A stretch of 63,948 nt of DNA, filler included, from Reclinomonas americana ATCC 50394 (lineage: Eukaryota), in assembly GCA_048213135.1 (NCBI GenBank). It is 8 parts of 5 records of this genome, joined end to end, with 100 filler letters (N's around TTAATTAATTAA, not from the genome) between each part and the next. Parts side by side here need not be neighbours in the genome. Positions count along the whole stretch, not along the records: positions 1 to 8,957 come from PS015674.1; positions 9,058 to 17,763 come from PS015674.1; positions 17,864 to 24,857 come from PS015675.1; positions 24,958 to 36,395 come from PS015675.1; 4 more parts are not named here. The stretch is one strand, 5' to 3'. The position numbers and the translations under genes were made by a program. The notes under the pieces are model-generated. The model was given only the letters and a program-made list of their open reading frames with translations. It made no database searches and was not told where the DNA came from. Positions 1-25,949 of the stretch are shown piece by piece (the first letter of the stretch is position 1; each line of letters starts with the position of its first letter).

Positions 1-16
1 GCGCCATGATTTGCAG

Positions 17-781
17 TATCGCCCTCGAGCCAAGTTGCCCGACTCGCCTCCGCCTGTCAACGGACCTCTGCTGTCACTGTTGAGCCACCTCCAGCAGGTG
101 AAAGAATCACGCGACCGCTGGGCTGTTCTGCAGCCGCATCTCAAGCCAGACTTGCCTGGCTCGGTTCAGTATCCGACGCCAACGTTTGTGCTTGACGGGC
201 GCGGTGGCGTTGTCGCCGTGTTCAATCCGCAGGCTTTCCAACCCGCGGCTGCAAGCCTCACGATGCCAGACTCGTTCGGGACTGGCGCTGTGGAAGCTTA
301 CGATCCGTTGCATTTGCGGCGAACGCGTCTTCTCGGACTTCGGCGGCTCGTCTATGTGCAGCAGAGCGACGCGTTGCCACCGGCACCAGCGGTTACCAAC
401 TTTTCGCCGGTCATGCTCCCCTCCACGGCTGTGAATCCGCAGCAGCAACACTACAGCCCGCCATTGCCGCGCAAGGTGCCTTCTCGGCTCGCCGCGCTGG
501 TCACCAGCAAGAGCTCACAACGCCACCACTCGACGCCGATGCAGCCAATCAATCTCTCACCGCCACCACCGGCGGTCACGTTCACTCCGCAAGGCGACAG
601 CGGCTCCGCCGCATCGCCCATTAGCAACTCGGCCATGGTCGTGCAGGAAATGGTGGCGCGCATTCGAATGGAGGCCGCAGCCAGGGCATCCACGCGGCAG
701 CAGTCGTCGCATGCGCATCGGTTCACGCGTCATCATCTTCCACCACTTCAGTTGCATCATATGCCGGCGTTGCCGTGGTGA
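17..781 (+). CDS. 3' terminal exon of an unknown Pro/Ser/Gln-rich protein (5' part outside window)
   Basis: Open frame after ttgcag| acceptor at 16, ending TGA at 779-781; coding-like composition; no family recognised. Confidence 0.5.
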   Translation, partial: YRPRAKLPDSPPPVNGPLLSLLSHLQQVKESRDRWAVLQPHLKPDLPGSVQYPTPTFVLDGRGGVVAVFNPQAFQPAAASLTMPDSFGTGAVEAYDPLHLRRTRLLGLRRLVYVQQSDALPPAPAVTNFSPVMLPSTAVNPQQQHYSPPLPRKVPSRLAALVTSKSSQRHHSTPMQPINLSPPPPAVTFTPQGDSGSAASPISNSAMVVQEMVARIRMEAAARASTRQQSSHAHRFTRHHLPPLQLHHMPALPW

Positions 782-958
782 ATGAAAATATAGTGTGCGA
801 TTTTCACGAAAAATACGCGACCAATCAATCAATCAGCCGCCTCAAACGCACCCTCGCGCACTCGCGCACGTCTCCTTCGGTGCCCCTGTCTCTTCTCTGT
901 TCTCATCTCTCTGTGTGTGGGCGAGAGTGTGAGTGCGTGTTTTCCGTGGGTTTCAATC

Positions 959-15945
<14,987 letters not shown>

Positions 15946-16557
15946 NNNNNNNNNNNNNNNNNNNNNNNNNNNNNNNNNNNNNNNNNNNNNNNNNNNNNNN
16001 NNNNNNNNNNNNNNNNNNNNNNNNNNNNNNNNNNNNNNNNNNNNNNNNNNNNNNNNNNNNNNNNNNNNNNNNNNNNNNNNNNNNNNNNNNNNNNNNNNNN
16101 NNNNNNNNNNNNNNNNNNNNNNNNNNNNNNNNNNNNNNNNNNNNNNNNNNNNNNNNNNNNNNNNNNNNNNNNNNNNNNNNNNNNNNNNNNNNNNNNNNNN
16201 NNNNNNNNNNNNNNNNNNNNNNNNNNNNNNNNNNNNNNNNNNNNNNNNNNNNNNNNNNNNNNNNNNNNNNNNNNNNNNNNNNNNNNNNNNNNNNNNNNNN
16301 NNNNNNNNNNNNNNNNNNNNNNNNNNNNNNNNNNNNNNNNNNNNNNNNNNNNNNNNNNNNNNNNNNNNNNNNNNNNNNNNNNNNNNNNNNNNNNNNNNNN
16401 NNNNNNNNNNNNNNNNNNNNNNNNNNNNNNNNNNNNNNNNNNNNNNNNNNNNNNNNNNNNNNNNNNNNNNNNNNNNNNNNNNNNNNNNNNNNNNNNNNNN
16501 NNNNNNNNNNNNNNNNNNNNNNNNNNNNNNNNNNNNNNNNNNNNNNNNNNNNNNNNG

Positions 16558-17273
16558 TGAGGCCTATTGACTGCGAAGATGCGTACTGCGAGCACCTCAA
16601 TAGAGAGGAGAGACCGATGAGTGACAGAGTGAGAGGGGGAGGGGGAGACTGATGCAACCCTCTTCCATTTTCCACAAGCATGTTCGAAGATCTGAGCGCT
16701 GCGATATTGATTGCCCCACGAACTCACCGCCACTGGATCGCCAACAAAGTGAAAGTTGATGTACAGCGTCTGATTCTCTGAGTTCTCCCACGTGGCCGAC
16801 GCCCTGGCTGGCACATTCTCAGCGTTCACAAAGTTGCACTCGAGAGTGTTGAACTTCTCCTCCAAAGTGTCGACGTCTGCGTCCACTGACCAAGGCGCAA
16901 AGCACAGAGGTGCGATTCGAGTGTCGCGCTTCACGCGCTGACATACGCGTGCCGCCCACGCATGGCCTCCGTTGGCACCAGCATTCAGTACCTCCTTCTC
17001 CACAGGGCGCAAGATTCTGACGAGTTTTCGGAGGACAAGTCTGCATCGCGATCGCCGTGTTGAGTGCACGTGACAACAGATGCGGTCAGTGGATGGTGCG
17101 AATGGTACGCACGGGACGCTCGCACGGTCGCAGCGAAGTTCCAATCGCCGCAGCCCCGGAGTGGCCAAAGCTTTGTTGACGCAACAAAGAAAGCCACGAC
17201 ACGCGCGGTACGTGGTGAGCACGCAAGTTGTCGTCGTCTTATCGCACGTGCCGTTTATGTAATACGCGCGCAT
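16558..17273 (-). CDS. Possible 5' part of an unknown intron-containing gene
   Basis: Long open minus frame (MRAYYING...LVLRKLVRILRPVEKEVLN...TLEEKFNTLECNFV), donor gtgagt near 16727; exon borders not resolved. Confidence 0.3.
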
Positions 17274-17863
17274 GGCCACGGAGTGTGTGGTGCCCATTCG
17301 TGTGGTCTGTTCTCGCCGACACGCTGCGATCGAGCGGAATGCGGACAACTTTTTCGAAAACCGAACACGACACGTTATTCGTGCTGGGGCGATTGTTCAC
17401 TCCAGAATCTGCAGACCTCAAAGCGCGCAACGGAAACGAAGTCGGAGGCGATCAAGTAGTTTCGTTTCGAACTGGCCAAGGGGCGAGAGAGAATCCAAAG
17501 AGCAACAACAACAACAATTCAACAACAACACCACCAGTGAAGACGCTTCCTCTGCTTTTGCTTTGCTTGCCTCGCGGATCCGGACCCGGCTTTGCTTTGT
17601 TTGCCTGGCTTATGGCCTTTCCCCGAATTCGATGTGCCGTGTACAATCGCAGAAAACGCTATACGTCTATGCAAGTGCGTCATATCCACTGGTCAACCAC
17701 GCTTTTGCGGTGAAGATCGCAGTTCTCGACTTGTTCGGAGCTCCGAGAGCTCTCCTGACTACGNNNNNNNNNNNNNNNNNNNNNNNNNNNNNNNNNNNNN
17801 NNNNNNNTTAATTAATTAANNNNNNNNNNNNNNNNNNNNNNNNNNNNNNNNNNNNNNNNNNNN

Positions 17864-18390
17864 GGAAGAGGAAGAGGAAGAGGAAGAGGGAAGAGGGAAG
17901 AGGGAAGAGGGAAGAGGAAGAGGAAGAGGAAGAGGAAGAGGAAGAGTAAGAAGAAGAGGAAGAGGGAAGAGGAAGAGGAAGAGTAAGAGTAAGAGGAAGA
18001 GTAAGAGTAAGAAGAAGAGGAAGAGGGAAGAGGAAGAGGAAGAGGAAGAGGAAGAGGAAGAGGAAGAGGAAGAGGAAGAGGAGGGAAGAAGAAAGAGGAA
18101 ATGCGAGGAAAATGAGAAAGAGAGAGCGCGCGCGCGAGAGAGAGAGAGGAAGAGGAAGAGGAACATGGAGAGGTTCGCTTGAAGAGGAGAGCTTGGCGTC
18201 GTGGAATGTGAGGCTCGGGAGGAGGAGAATGAGGAGGAGAAGAATGGGGAGGAGAGGAATGAGGAGGAGAGGAATGAGGAGGAGAGGAATGAGGGGGAGA
18301 GGAATGAGGGGGGAGGAAAGAGGAGGAGAGGAATGAGGAGGAGAGGAATGAGGAGGAGAGGAATGAGGAGGAGAGGAATGAGGGGGGGCG
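17864..18390. repeat. Polypurine microsatellites (GAAGAG)n and (GAGGAGGAGAGGAAT)n
   Basis: Direct inspection. Confidence 0.9.
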
Positions 18391-18491
18391 GCTCGAGAGA
18401 GGCCGTCAGCAGGATGCATGGCGACATAATATCAACTTTAAGCGTTGTGTTATTTCTCTCTGCTTATTCGCCGCCGATGCTGTCGCTGCAG

Positions 18492-18938
18492 TTGCTGGTC
18501 AAGGTGCTGTCGGTGTGCACGCGCTTCGCCGACTATACGGAGCAGAATTTCAGGCCGCTGTTGTTGGAGTCGGAGCGGTAAGTGCTTCACGAAGCGGATT
18601 GAGTGCACGCTCGCGTGACCTGACTTGTCGCCCTCCCGCACAGCATCGAGGACCTCCACGAGGCCGCCGTGCGTGAGGCGTCGTCGGCCTCAAGCAAGCC
18701 GCTGAGCGCCATGCAGAAGCGAGCGCTGCGTGACAAGGTCACCGAGGAGGAGATCCGCCGCATGGTGCGCGACGAGAGCCACATTCGCACCGTCGAGGGC
18801 TTCAAAGAGACCTTTGATCGGCACATGCAGGAGCTGCTGTCGGCGCTGTTCAAGCACTCGGCGCACGAGCAGCACTTGACGAATCTGTGCTCTCGTCTTT
18901 CGTTCAACTCGTTCTACGAGCAGTACTACAGCAAGTGA
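18492..18938 (+). CDS. TUBGCP2: Gamma-tubulin complex component (GCP2/Spc97-like), last two exons
   Basis: LLVKVLSVCTRFADY and terminal F...LLSALF...HLTNLCSRLSFNSFY resemble the GCP2 C-terminus (RLDFNGFY); one GT-AG intron at about 18578-18643. Confidence 0.65.
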
Positions 18939-19579
18939 TGCGGTGGTGAGTGAGTGAGGGGGAAGAGAAGTGGTGTGTTGTTGAGGATCAATATTAGTGC
19001 AATGGTTTTCGGGAGCAAGGGGAAGGAAAGGGGCAAGGAGAAGGAAGGGTTGAGTGCGTTGTGGAGGGTGCAGGGTGTCCTCCACAGCTGTGAGAAAGTG
19101 AGTTGCATGATTGCTGCAACGTCTCCCTCCGTATGCACAATAGGGTCAAAAGTTCAATGGCAAGCTAGGTTGGACCCAGGGGAAGGAAGGCGGAGCGCGA
19201 TGGGCACAGTGTGAGGGGTGGCGAAGGGAAAGCACGATTTGAGGGCAGATCCAATGAAAGAAAGCCAGAGGGCGAATCAAGGGAAGGAAGGCAGCTTTGA
19301 AGGCCGCAGGTCAAGAGAAAGGTGATCAGGCACCTGGCAGAAGTCGGAGGATGGTGGTCATCGCCAAAAAACGCTATGCGTCCTTGCAAGTGTGAAGATC
19401 GAAGTTCTTGACTTTTTCGACGCTCCGAGAGCAAACACACACACACGTAAGAAATCTGCCCTCAAGACTGATGTTTGCGTTGAGTTTATGCGTTGGAAAC
19501 AGTGTGAGAAGAGGCAGAGAAAGTGATAATTAAATGCATTGCATTTCGTCCCGTCCCACCAATTGTGTGTGTCTCCCCC

Positions 19580-22500
19580 ATGAGCGGCGACGGTGACTCT
19601 CTGCTCCCCACACCCTCCTCCCTGCTCCCCGCACACTCACCACACACACACAAACACACAGACGAAAAGCGGCGCAACGCGCAAGCCGTCAAGAAGCGAC
19701 TGGACATTCTCTGCAGCGCTCCCCTGCAACGTCGCCCTTCCACCGCTCCCTCCTCTGTTGCCACGTCGACAACCGCAACCGTACCCACACCAGCCAATGC
19801 CGCGTCCTCCTCGCTGTCCTCGTCCTCCTCTTCGGCGGCTGGAGGTGCATCAGTGGCGAATGGCGCCGTGCCGGACTTTGTGCTCCGCGCGGCCGAGAGC
19901 ATGGCCAGCAATCCGCTTGCTGCATCACAGCTCCTCGACGCGCCTCCGTCCACTGGTCATCCATCATCATCTGTCGCTGCAGCAGCAGCAGGAGGGAAGC
20001 TGGGTGTGCGACCGCTGGCGACTCCTGCCACGCATGCCACGGGACCCATGTCGGTGTTGACTGCAGTGCCGCGACCGCGTGGTAGCGCAAGTGGTAGTGG
20101 AGGTGTGATGGGTCCGACGAGTAGTGGATCGTTGTCTTCTTCATCGTCTGCTTCGTTGATTGCGGCGGGGGGAGCGGCGAGTGCGGCGAGTGCGGCAAGT
20201 GCGGCGGCGGCGGCAAGTGCGGCGGGAGGTGGTGGGTTTAGTAAGCTTAAGGTGATGTGAGGGGGAAGCGGGGACGGGAGGGAGGGAGGGGGAAAGAGGG
20301 GAAGGAGGGAAGGGATCGAACAGACGATCATTTGTGCAGTGTTTGTTTGAGTTGGATGACGGAGAATCCACTCGACGATTGTGCTCAGACTGCGTGGGGA
20401 CCTACATTGTGAGACCTTACTCTGCGAGTCTTATCGTGCATTCCGAGCATTGTTCCTTGCTAGAAGAGCGTTGTAGCTTGCTGCGTGAAGCGGTTCTTCT
20501 TGCTCATTCGCTTGATCGCATGGGTTTCTGTGCTTCTTTCTCTCCTGACAAATCTTATGCCTTCCCTGTTGCTGACCTCTGTCTCCGCTCTCCAGGTCAT
20601 GCCGCGCGACGACAGGACGCAAGCGTTACGATGAATTGTGCTGCCTGCGTAATGTTGTCTTCAATGCTGTGCTTACCTTGCGTTGCAGTTCATCGAACAT
20701 GGAAAAGTGGCGCGAGAAGGTCAAGGTTTGTGTGCTCCACCTTGCCTGAATGACGATCGATTTTTCATCCGTGTTTCCCGTCAGCGTGATGCCGAGGAGA
20801 AGGAGCGCAAGGAGCAGGCCAAGTTGCAGAGGCAGCAGAAGCGAGTGCAGCAACACCAAGGTTCGTTCTTTGTTTTGCGTGTTCACTGACGTGTTGTTGC
20901 TCACTCCTTGGTGCGCGACAGGCGGTCGGCGCTTCGATCAGCCGCAACCTGGTGAGTGGGAACACAGGAAAGAGATTCTCTTTACAGGTTCTCTCTCTGT
21001 CGCTTTGCGCTGCTGCGCTGCTGCTCGTTGTCTCTCGCTTTGCGCTGCGCCGCTGCTGCTCGTTGTCTCTCGCTTTGCGCTGCGCCGCTGCTGCTCGTTG
21101 TCTCTCACTTCNNNNNNNNNNNNNNNNNNNNCTCTTGCTCACTCTCCGCTTCGTAGTCTTCAATGGCGCGGGTTCCGCTGGCGGTGGTCGAGCATCCCAC
21201 GGCATGGACGACGTGGCAGACGACGCTGACGACATGGCCATTGACGAGGAAGACGGTAGGTCGTGAAGAATGAGATGTAGAGAAACGCCACTCACTGTCC
21301 TCTGTCGCAGTCAACATTCGCGATCTGTATCCACCCGGCTTCAAGTACTATCCCACGAATCTGCCGTGGCCACACTCGTCGGGTTCGTCTTGTTGACGAG
21401 CTCTTGTTCCTCGTGCTTTAGACTGACCATCCTCGCAGCGAGTGACGCTTTCAACACTCGCGCCGCCGACATGTTTGTGGAGGTGAGCGTAAGAAAGGGA
21501 AGACGCCATGGCCTTCACTCTCTCTCACCCTTTCCTCTCTTATTGTGTTGCAGCGCGATGCGACTGGCGCCCTGGTTCCACTGGAGGGCCAGCAGCTGTT
21601 CCTGCAGTTCCCGTCGCAGCTGCCATTGAGTCGCGAGAATCCCACTGGCGAGGTTTGTTCTTGCTTGCTCTTTCCTCCAGTCTCTCCACATCCGTCTGCT
21701 TATCGCCTCACAGTCGGAAAAGACCGACAAGCAATCCAGCAAGAAAAAGGCTTCATCATCGTCTTCGACTGCCGCTGCCGGTGGCGGCTCCTCGTCTGGA
21801 TCGTGGTCGGGCTCAGCGTCGGCTGTTGGAGGTGATGATCTCGGCGGCTCGTCGTCGCGGTGGACGGAACACGAACTGGTCACCAAGCGCGATGTGGAGA
21901 ATCGCTTCAAGACGATGAAGCAGGGTCAGGTGGGCGAGCTGAGGATTCACAAGTCTGGCAAAGTGCGCCTGGTGATGGGCAATGTGGATTACATTGTTGC
22001 GTTGGCAAGGGAAGGGAGGGAAAGAGAGGGAAAGAGGGAAAGAGGGAAATAGGGAAAGAGGGAAAGAGGGAATGGGAGGAGGAGGAGGAAAGAGCAAGGA
22101 TATAGGGCGGAAGGAGGAGAAGGAGACGAAGGATGAAGACAAGATGGAGGAGGGCAAGAAGGATGAAGACAAGAAGAAGAAGCAAGAAGGAACGCGGAAA
22201 GTAGGCGCGCTGGTTGGGGGCTGTGATTGGGAGGCATGTAGGAAAATGCAGAAGTTTGCCAACAAGTGAGATTGCATGCTTGATGTTTCACGTGTTCCTG
22301 TGGATGCCATGAGGTCGAGTGCGATTAGCAGGGTGTGTCAATTCGTCAGAGAGTATTTGTGTTGAAGTGGGCTTCTTGACATTGTTGTTCGTGCGCTTGG
22401 GAAAGAGATGCTGAGCATGAACATCAGTGAGAGATTGCATTCCTTTATAACAGTCATGACTGGGGATGTTGAAGTCGGCACGGTGGTTTCTTGTGCTTTA

Positions 22501-22727
22501 TGGGTTGGGATTTCCTGTCGTGCTCACCTCGCTCATGTGTCCAGCTGTCAATCGGCGCCGAGTGCAACTTTGTGCAAGACGTGGTGGCTGTGGATCACGA
22601 TCGGCGGCAATGCCTGGTGCTCGGCAGCATCAGCAATCGCCTCGTGGCCACGCCGAATATCGGGTCGTTGTTGCACGCGGCAGATGCGGCAGTGGGGGAC
22701 GACGTGCAGCCAATGGCAGCCGACTAA
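19580..22727 (+). CDS. POLR3D: RNA polymerase III subunit RPC4/C53, about 12 exons
   Basis: Spliced product contains LFLQFPSQLP and GQVGELRIHKSGKVRLVMGNVDYI|LSIGAECNFVQDVV...LGSISNRLVATPN, the RPC4 C-terminal domain; low-complexity N-terminus. Confidence 0.85.
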
Positions 22728-22807
22728 CGTGGACGAGCGAGAATTCGACAAACAATACAATGCACTCTTTTCTCCATTCTTCTTCGTCTTCCATTTCATT
22801 CACCACC

Positions 22808-25062
22808 TCACAAGGTCGCATTGTGATACACGGCTTGCACATCGGCCTCCTCGTCCAACGCGGCCACCAGATCCAGGACCTGCTGGCGCGATTCGTCGTC
22901 CGGCAGCGCCACCTCTGACTTGGGCTCGAAGATCATTTCGTTCACCTGCCGCCACGATTTTGGTAAGAATGCATTTTCCGGCTCTTGCCTCGCACGCACG
23001 CTCACCTTGCAGAGGTCGCGCAAATCCGCGCGCGAGTCGAGGAGTGCGTGCGTGAGAGTGCCGTAGGCGTCGGGCGGGCACTCAATGTGCACCTCGTTGG
23101 TGCCTTCCACGTCGACTTCGCTCGCACCCTTCTCGATCGCCAGCTCAATCAGCGCCTCGGGATCGGGGACCTTCTCGAACAGGAAAATGCCTGTCGCGCA
23201 TGAGGGTGAACAATAGAGCGGAGGGAGGGGCAGGGGGATATCGTGGGTCTTGCCTTTGCGGTCAAACATCCACGACACGGCACCGGCCTCGCCCAGATGG
23301 CCTCCCTGAATCGCACAGTGAGTGGGTGGAGGCAGAGAGAGTGCTCGGCAAGAGAGAGACGCACATTGCCGTGGAAGTGGTGACGCATGATGGGAGCCGT
23401 CCGTTTTCTATTATCGGTCAGCGTCTCCACAATGAGCGCCACGCCCTTTGGTCCGTAGCTGCAGAGACAGACAGGATGAGAACGGCAGGGATGATTGTCT
23501 CAACAGCTCTGAACGCACCCCTCGTATATCACCGTCTCCATGTCGGTGGTGTCCTTGTTCCCGAGACCCTAACACGAGAAGTGAGCATCCTCAAGCGCAT
23601 GTACTTCCCCCTGGTAGATGTACCTTGTCAATGGCCTTCTGAATGTTGTCCTTGGGCATGCCAGCGGCACGAGCGCGATGCAGAATGGAGGCCAGACGCA
23701 AGTTGGCCGACACGTCGGCGCCTTGCCCTGTGCAGAGTGGTCAGTGCGCTGCTTTCAAGGAAGACGGGATGGGTGTGTGACAAGAGAACCTCTGACGGCC
23801 GCGACAATCTCAAAGCCGAACTTGCAAAAGATCTTGGCCTTTTTCGCGTCCTGTGCGCCCTTACGGTGCTGAATGTTCTTCCACTTGGAGTGGCCGGCCA
23901 TGAAGACGATGGAGAGGTCTGTGGGTGGGGATGAGGAAAGAGGAAAGCGAGGAGAAGGAGAAGAAGAACAGGGAGCGACGAGGAAGAGGTGAGGGTCTCC
24001 AACAAGAATAAGAAGGGAGCGCCGAAGGCGCGACTAACGCAGGATAACAGATGCAGGAAAGGAGTCAGAAGGGAGCGCCGAAGGCGCGATTTACAAGGAG
24101 GTCAGATGGAAGCACAAGAGACAGACGGGAGCGCCGAAGGCGCGACTTGCAAGAAGGTCAGATGGAAGAGACAGATGGGAGCGCCGAAGGCGCGACTAAC
24201 ACAGGATAACAGATGCAGGCAAAGAAGCCAGAAGGCAGCGAAGAGCGACTAACACAAGAGAACAAGAGAAGCGGGAGTCAAAAGGGAGCGCCGAAGGCGC
24301 GACTAACGCAGGATGACAGTTACAGGCACAAGAGTCAGAAGGGAGCGATAAAGAGCGACTAACACACAAGAGAACAGGAGAAGCAGGAGTCAAAAGGGAG
24401 CGCCGAAGGCGCGACTAAAGCAAGCAACGAGTCAGATGGGAGCGCCGAAGGCGCGACAAGCACATGATTATAGATGCAGGTGCAAGAGTCAGAAGGGAGC
24501 GCCGAAGGCGCGACTAACATCGAAGGGCGATGTGCAAGAGTCAACAGGGAGCGCGGAAGGCGCGACTGAAGACAACGAGAGTCAAAGGGAGCACCGAAGG
24601 CGCGACTAACACAGGAGGGCACATGTGAGTGCAAGAGTGAGGAAGAGAGCAAGAAAGCAGCGACTCACACGCGATGGCAGACACAGACACAAAAGCAAGA
24701 AGGCCGCGACGAGAGAGTGCCAGAGGTGACAGATGCACCAGCATGAGCGACAGCCACGCGTGAGAGAGAAGAGAGAGAGAGAGAGTGAGAGACAGAGAAT
24801 GCATGCGAAATGCAAAAAGATGCGGATGCATTGCTCTCTCTCTCTCTCTCTCTCTCTNNNNNNNNNNNNNNNNNNNNNNNNNNNNNNNNNNNNNNNNNNN
24901 NTTAATTAATTAANNNNNNNNNNNNNNNNNNNNNNNNNNNNNNNNNNNNNNNNNNNNGGTAAGGAACGGAACGGAACGAACGAAAGTAACGTACGACGTA
25001 CGTACGTAACGTAACGTAACGTAAAACGTAAACGTAACGTACGGTACGGTACGGTCGTACTC

Positions 25063-25124
<62 letters not shown>

Positions 25125-25317
25125 TCCCTTCATTACCTGGCAACAACGACGACGGCGATGGCGTTCTCTCCACCTCAGACGCTCCATTCACCACTCCAGA
25201 GAGTGCAGGAGTCAATGCAAAGGGCGCGGGCATCCACAATGATGGCGGCGGTGGTGGTGGAATCCACAGTGCACGCGACACTGCGTTTACAGCTCGTTGC
25301 CACACGCGCAACAGCAT
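22808..25317 (-). CDS. TACO1: YebC/TACO1 family protein with putative mitochondrial presequence, 7 exons
   Basis: [80 protein letters not shown]; exon 1 (25137-25317) is [18 protein letters not shown]. Confidence 0.93.
24012..24612. repeat. Minisatellite of about 12 units with conserved palindromic core GGGAGCGCCGAAGGCGCGAC, in TACO1 intron 1
   Basis: Cores at about 24015, 24071, 24127, 24177, 24284, 24396, 24438, 24495, 24547 and 24587, plus degenerate copies at about 24234 and 24341. Confidence 0.9.
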
Positions 25318-25592
25318 CGCAACGGGAGACACAGGAGCGGTCCTGCGTGACAACTGCATGCACGTCGAAGCCTTCCGTCGCCTTTCTTCTTGAATGGCAT
25401 GCTGACTCGTTGGTATTCACTACTATGAAAAGCCAACTGCTGCGCAATTGGGAGGCCACAGTGGATGGTTGATTTGCTTCGACGATGCTCCAACTTCGTG
25501 ATCTGTCTCCAACTTCGTTCAGGCACCGGCCTCCGTCGTTCTCCTGCTCCTTCCTTTCGCTCTTCTGCTCCTACCGGTCGCTGTGGTCCTTC

Positions 25593-25828
25593 CTGTCGCT
25601 CTGCTCCCTCGCTGTCGCTCTGCTCCCTCGCTGTCGCTCTGCTCCCTCGCTGTCGCTCTGCTCCCTCGCTGTCGCTCTGCTCCCTCGCTGTCGCTCTGCT
25701 CCCTCGCTGTCGCTCTGCTCCCTCGCTGTCGCTCTGCTCCCTCGCTGTCGCTCTGCTCCCTCGCTGTCGCTCTGCTCCCTCGCTGTCGCTCTGCTCCCTC
25801 GCTGTCGCTCTGCTCCCTCGCTGTCGCC
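25593..25828. repeat. Perfect 19-bp tandem repeat (CTGTCGCTCTGCTCCCTCG) x about 12
   Basis: Direct inspection; intergenic. Confidence 0.92.
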
Positions 25829-25949
25829 TCTCTGCTCCTCCCCTTGTCTCCCCGGTTAAACAATAAAGATCCCATTTTAAGCAACGAATAGAGACGAAAC
25901 AAGAAACAATGAGAGCACACGTATGCGCAGTGATTGGCACAGCTGCGCG

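Noticed and set aside
24012..24612. CRISPR array interpretation
   Set aside because: Eukaryotic intron, no cas genes, spacers of uneven length and related to one another
24958..25062. TACG/GTAC-rich pseudo-repeats beside gaps (also about 31940-32034, 40372-40435, 41084-41170, 60508-60580)
   Set aside because: They always follow long microsatellites at contig ends and mirror the TACG flow order; most likely pyrosequencing noise
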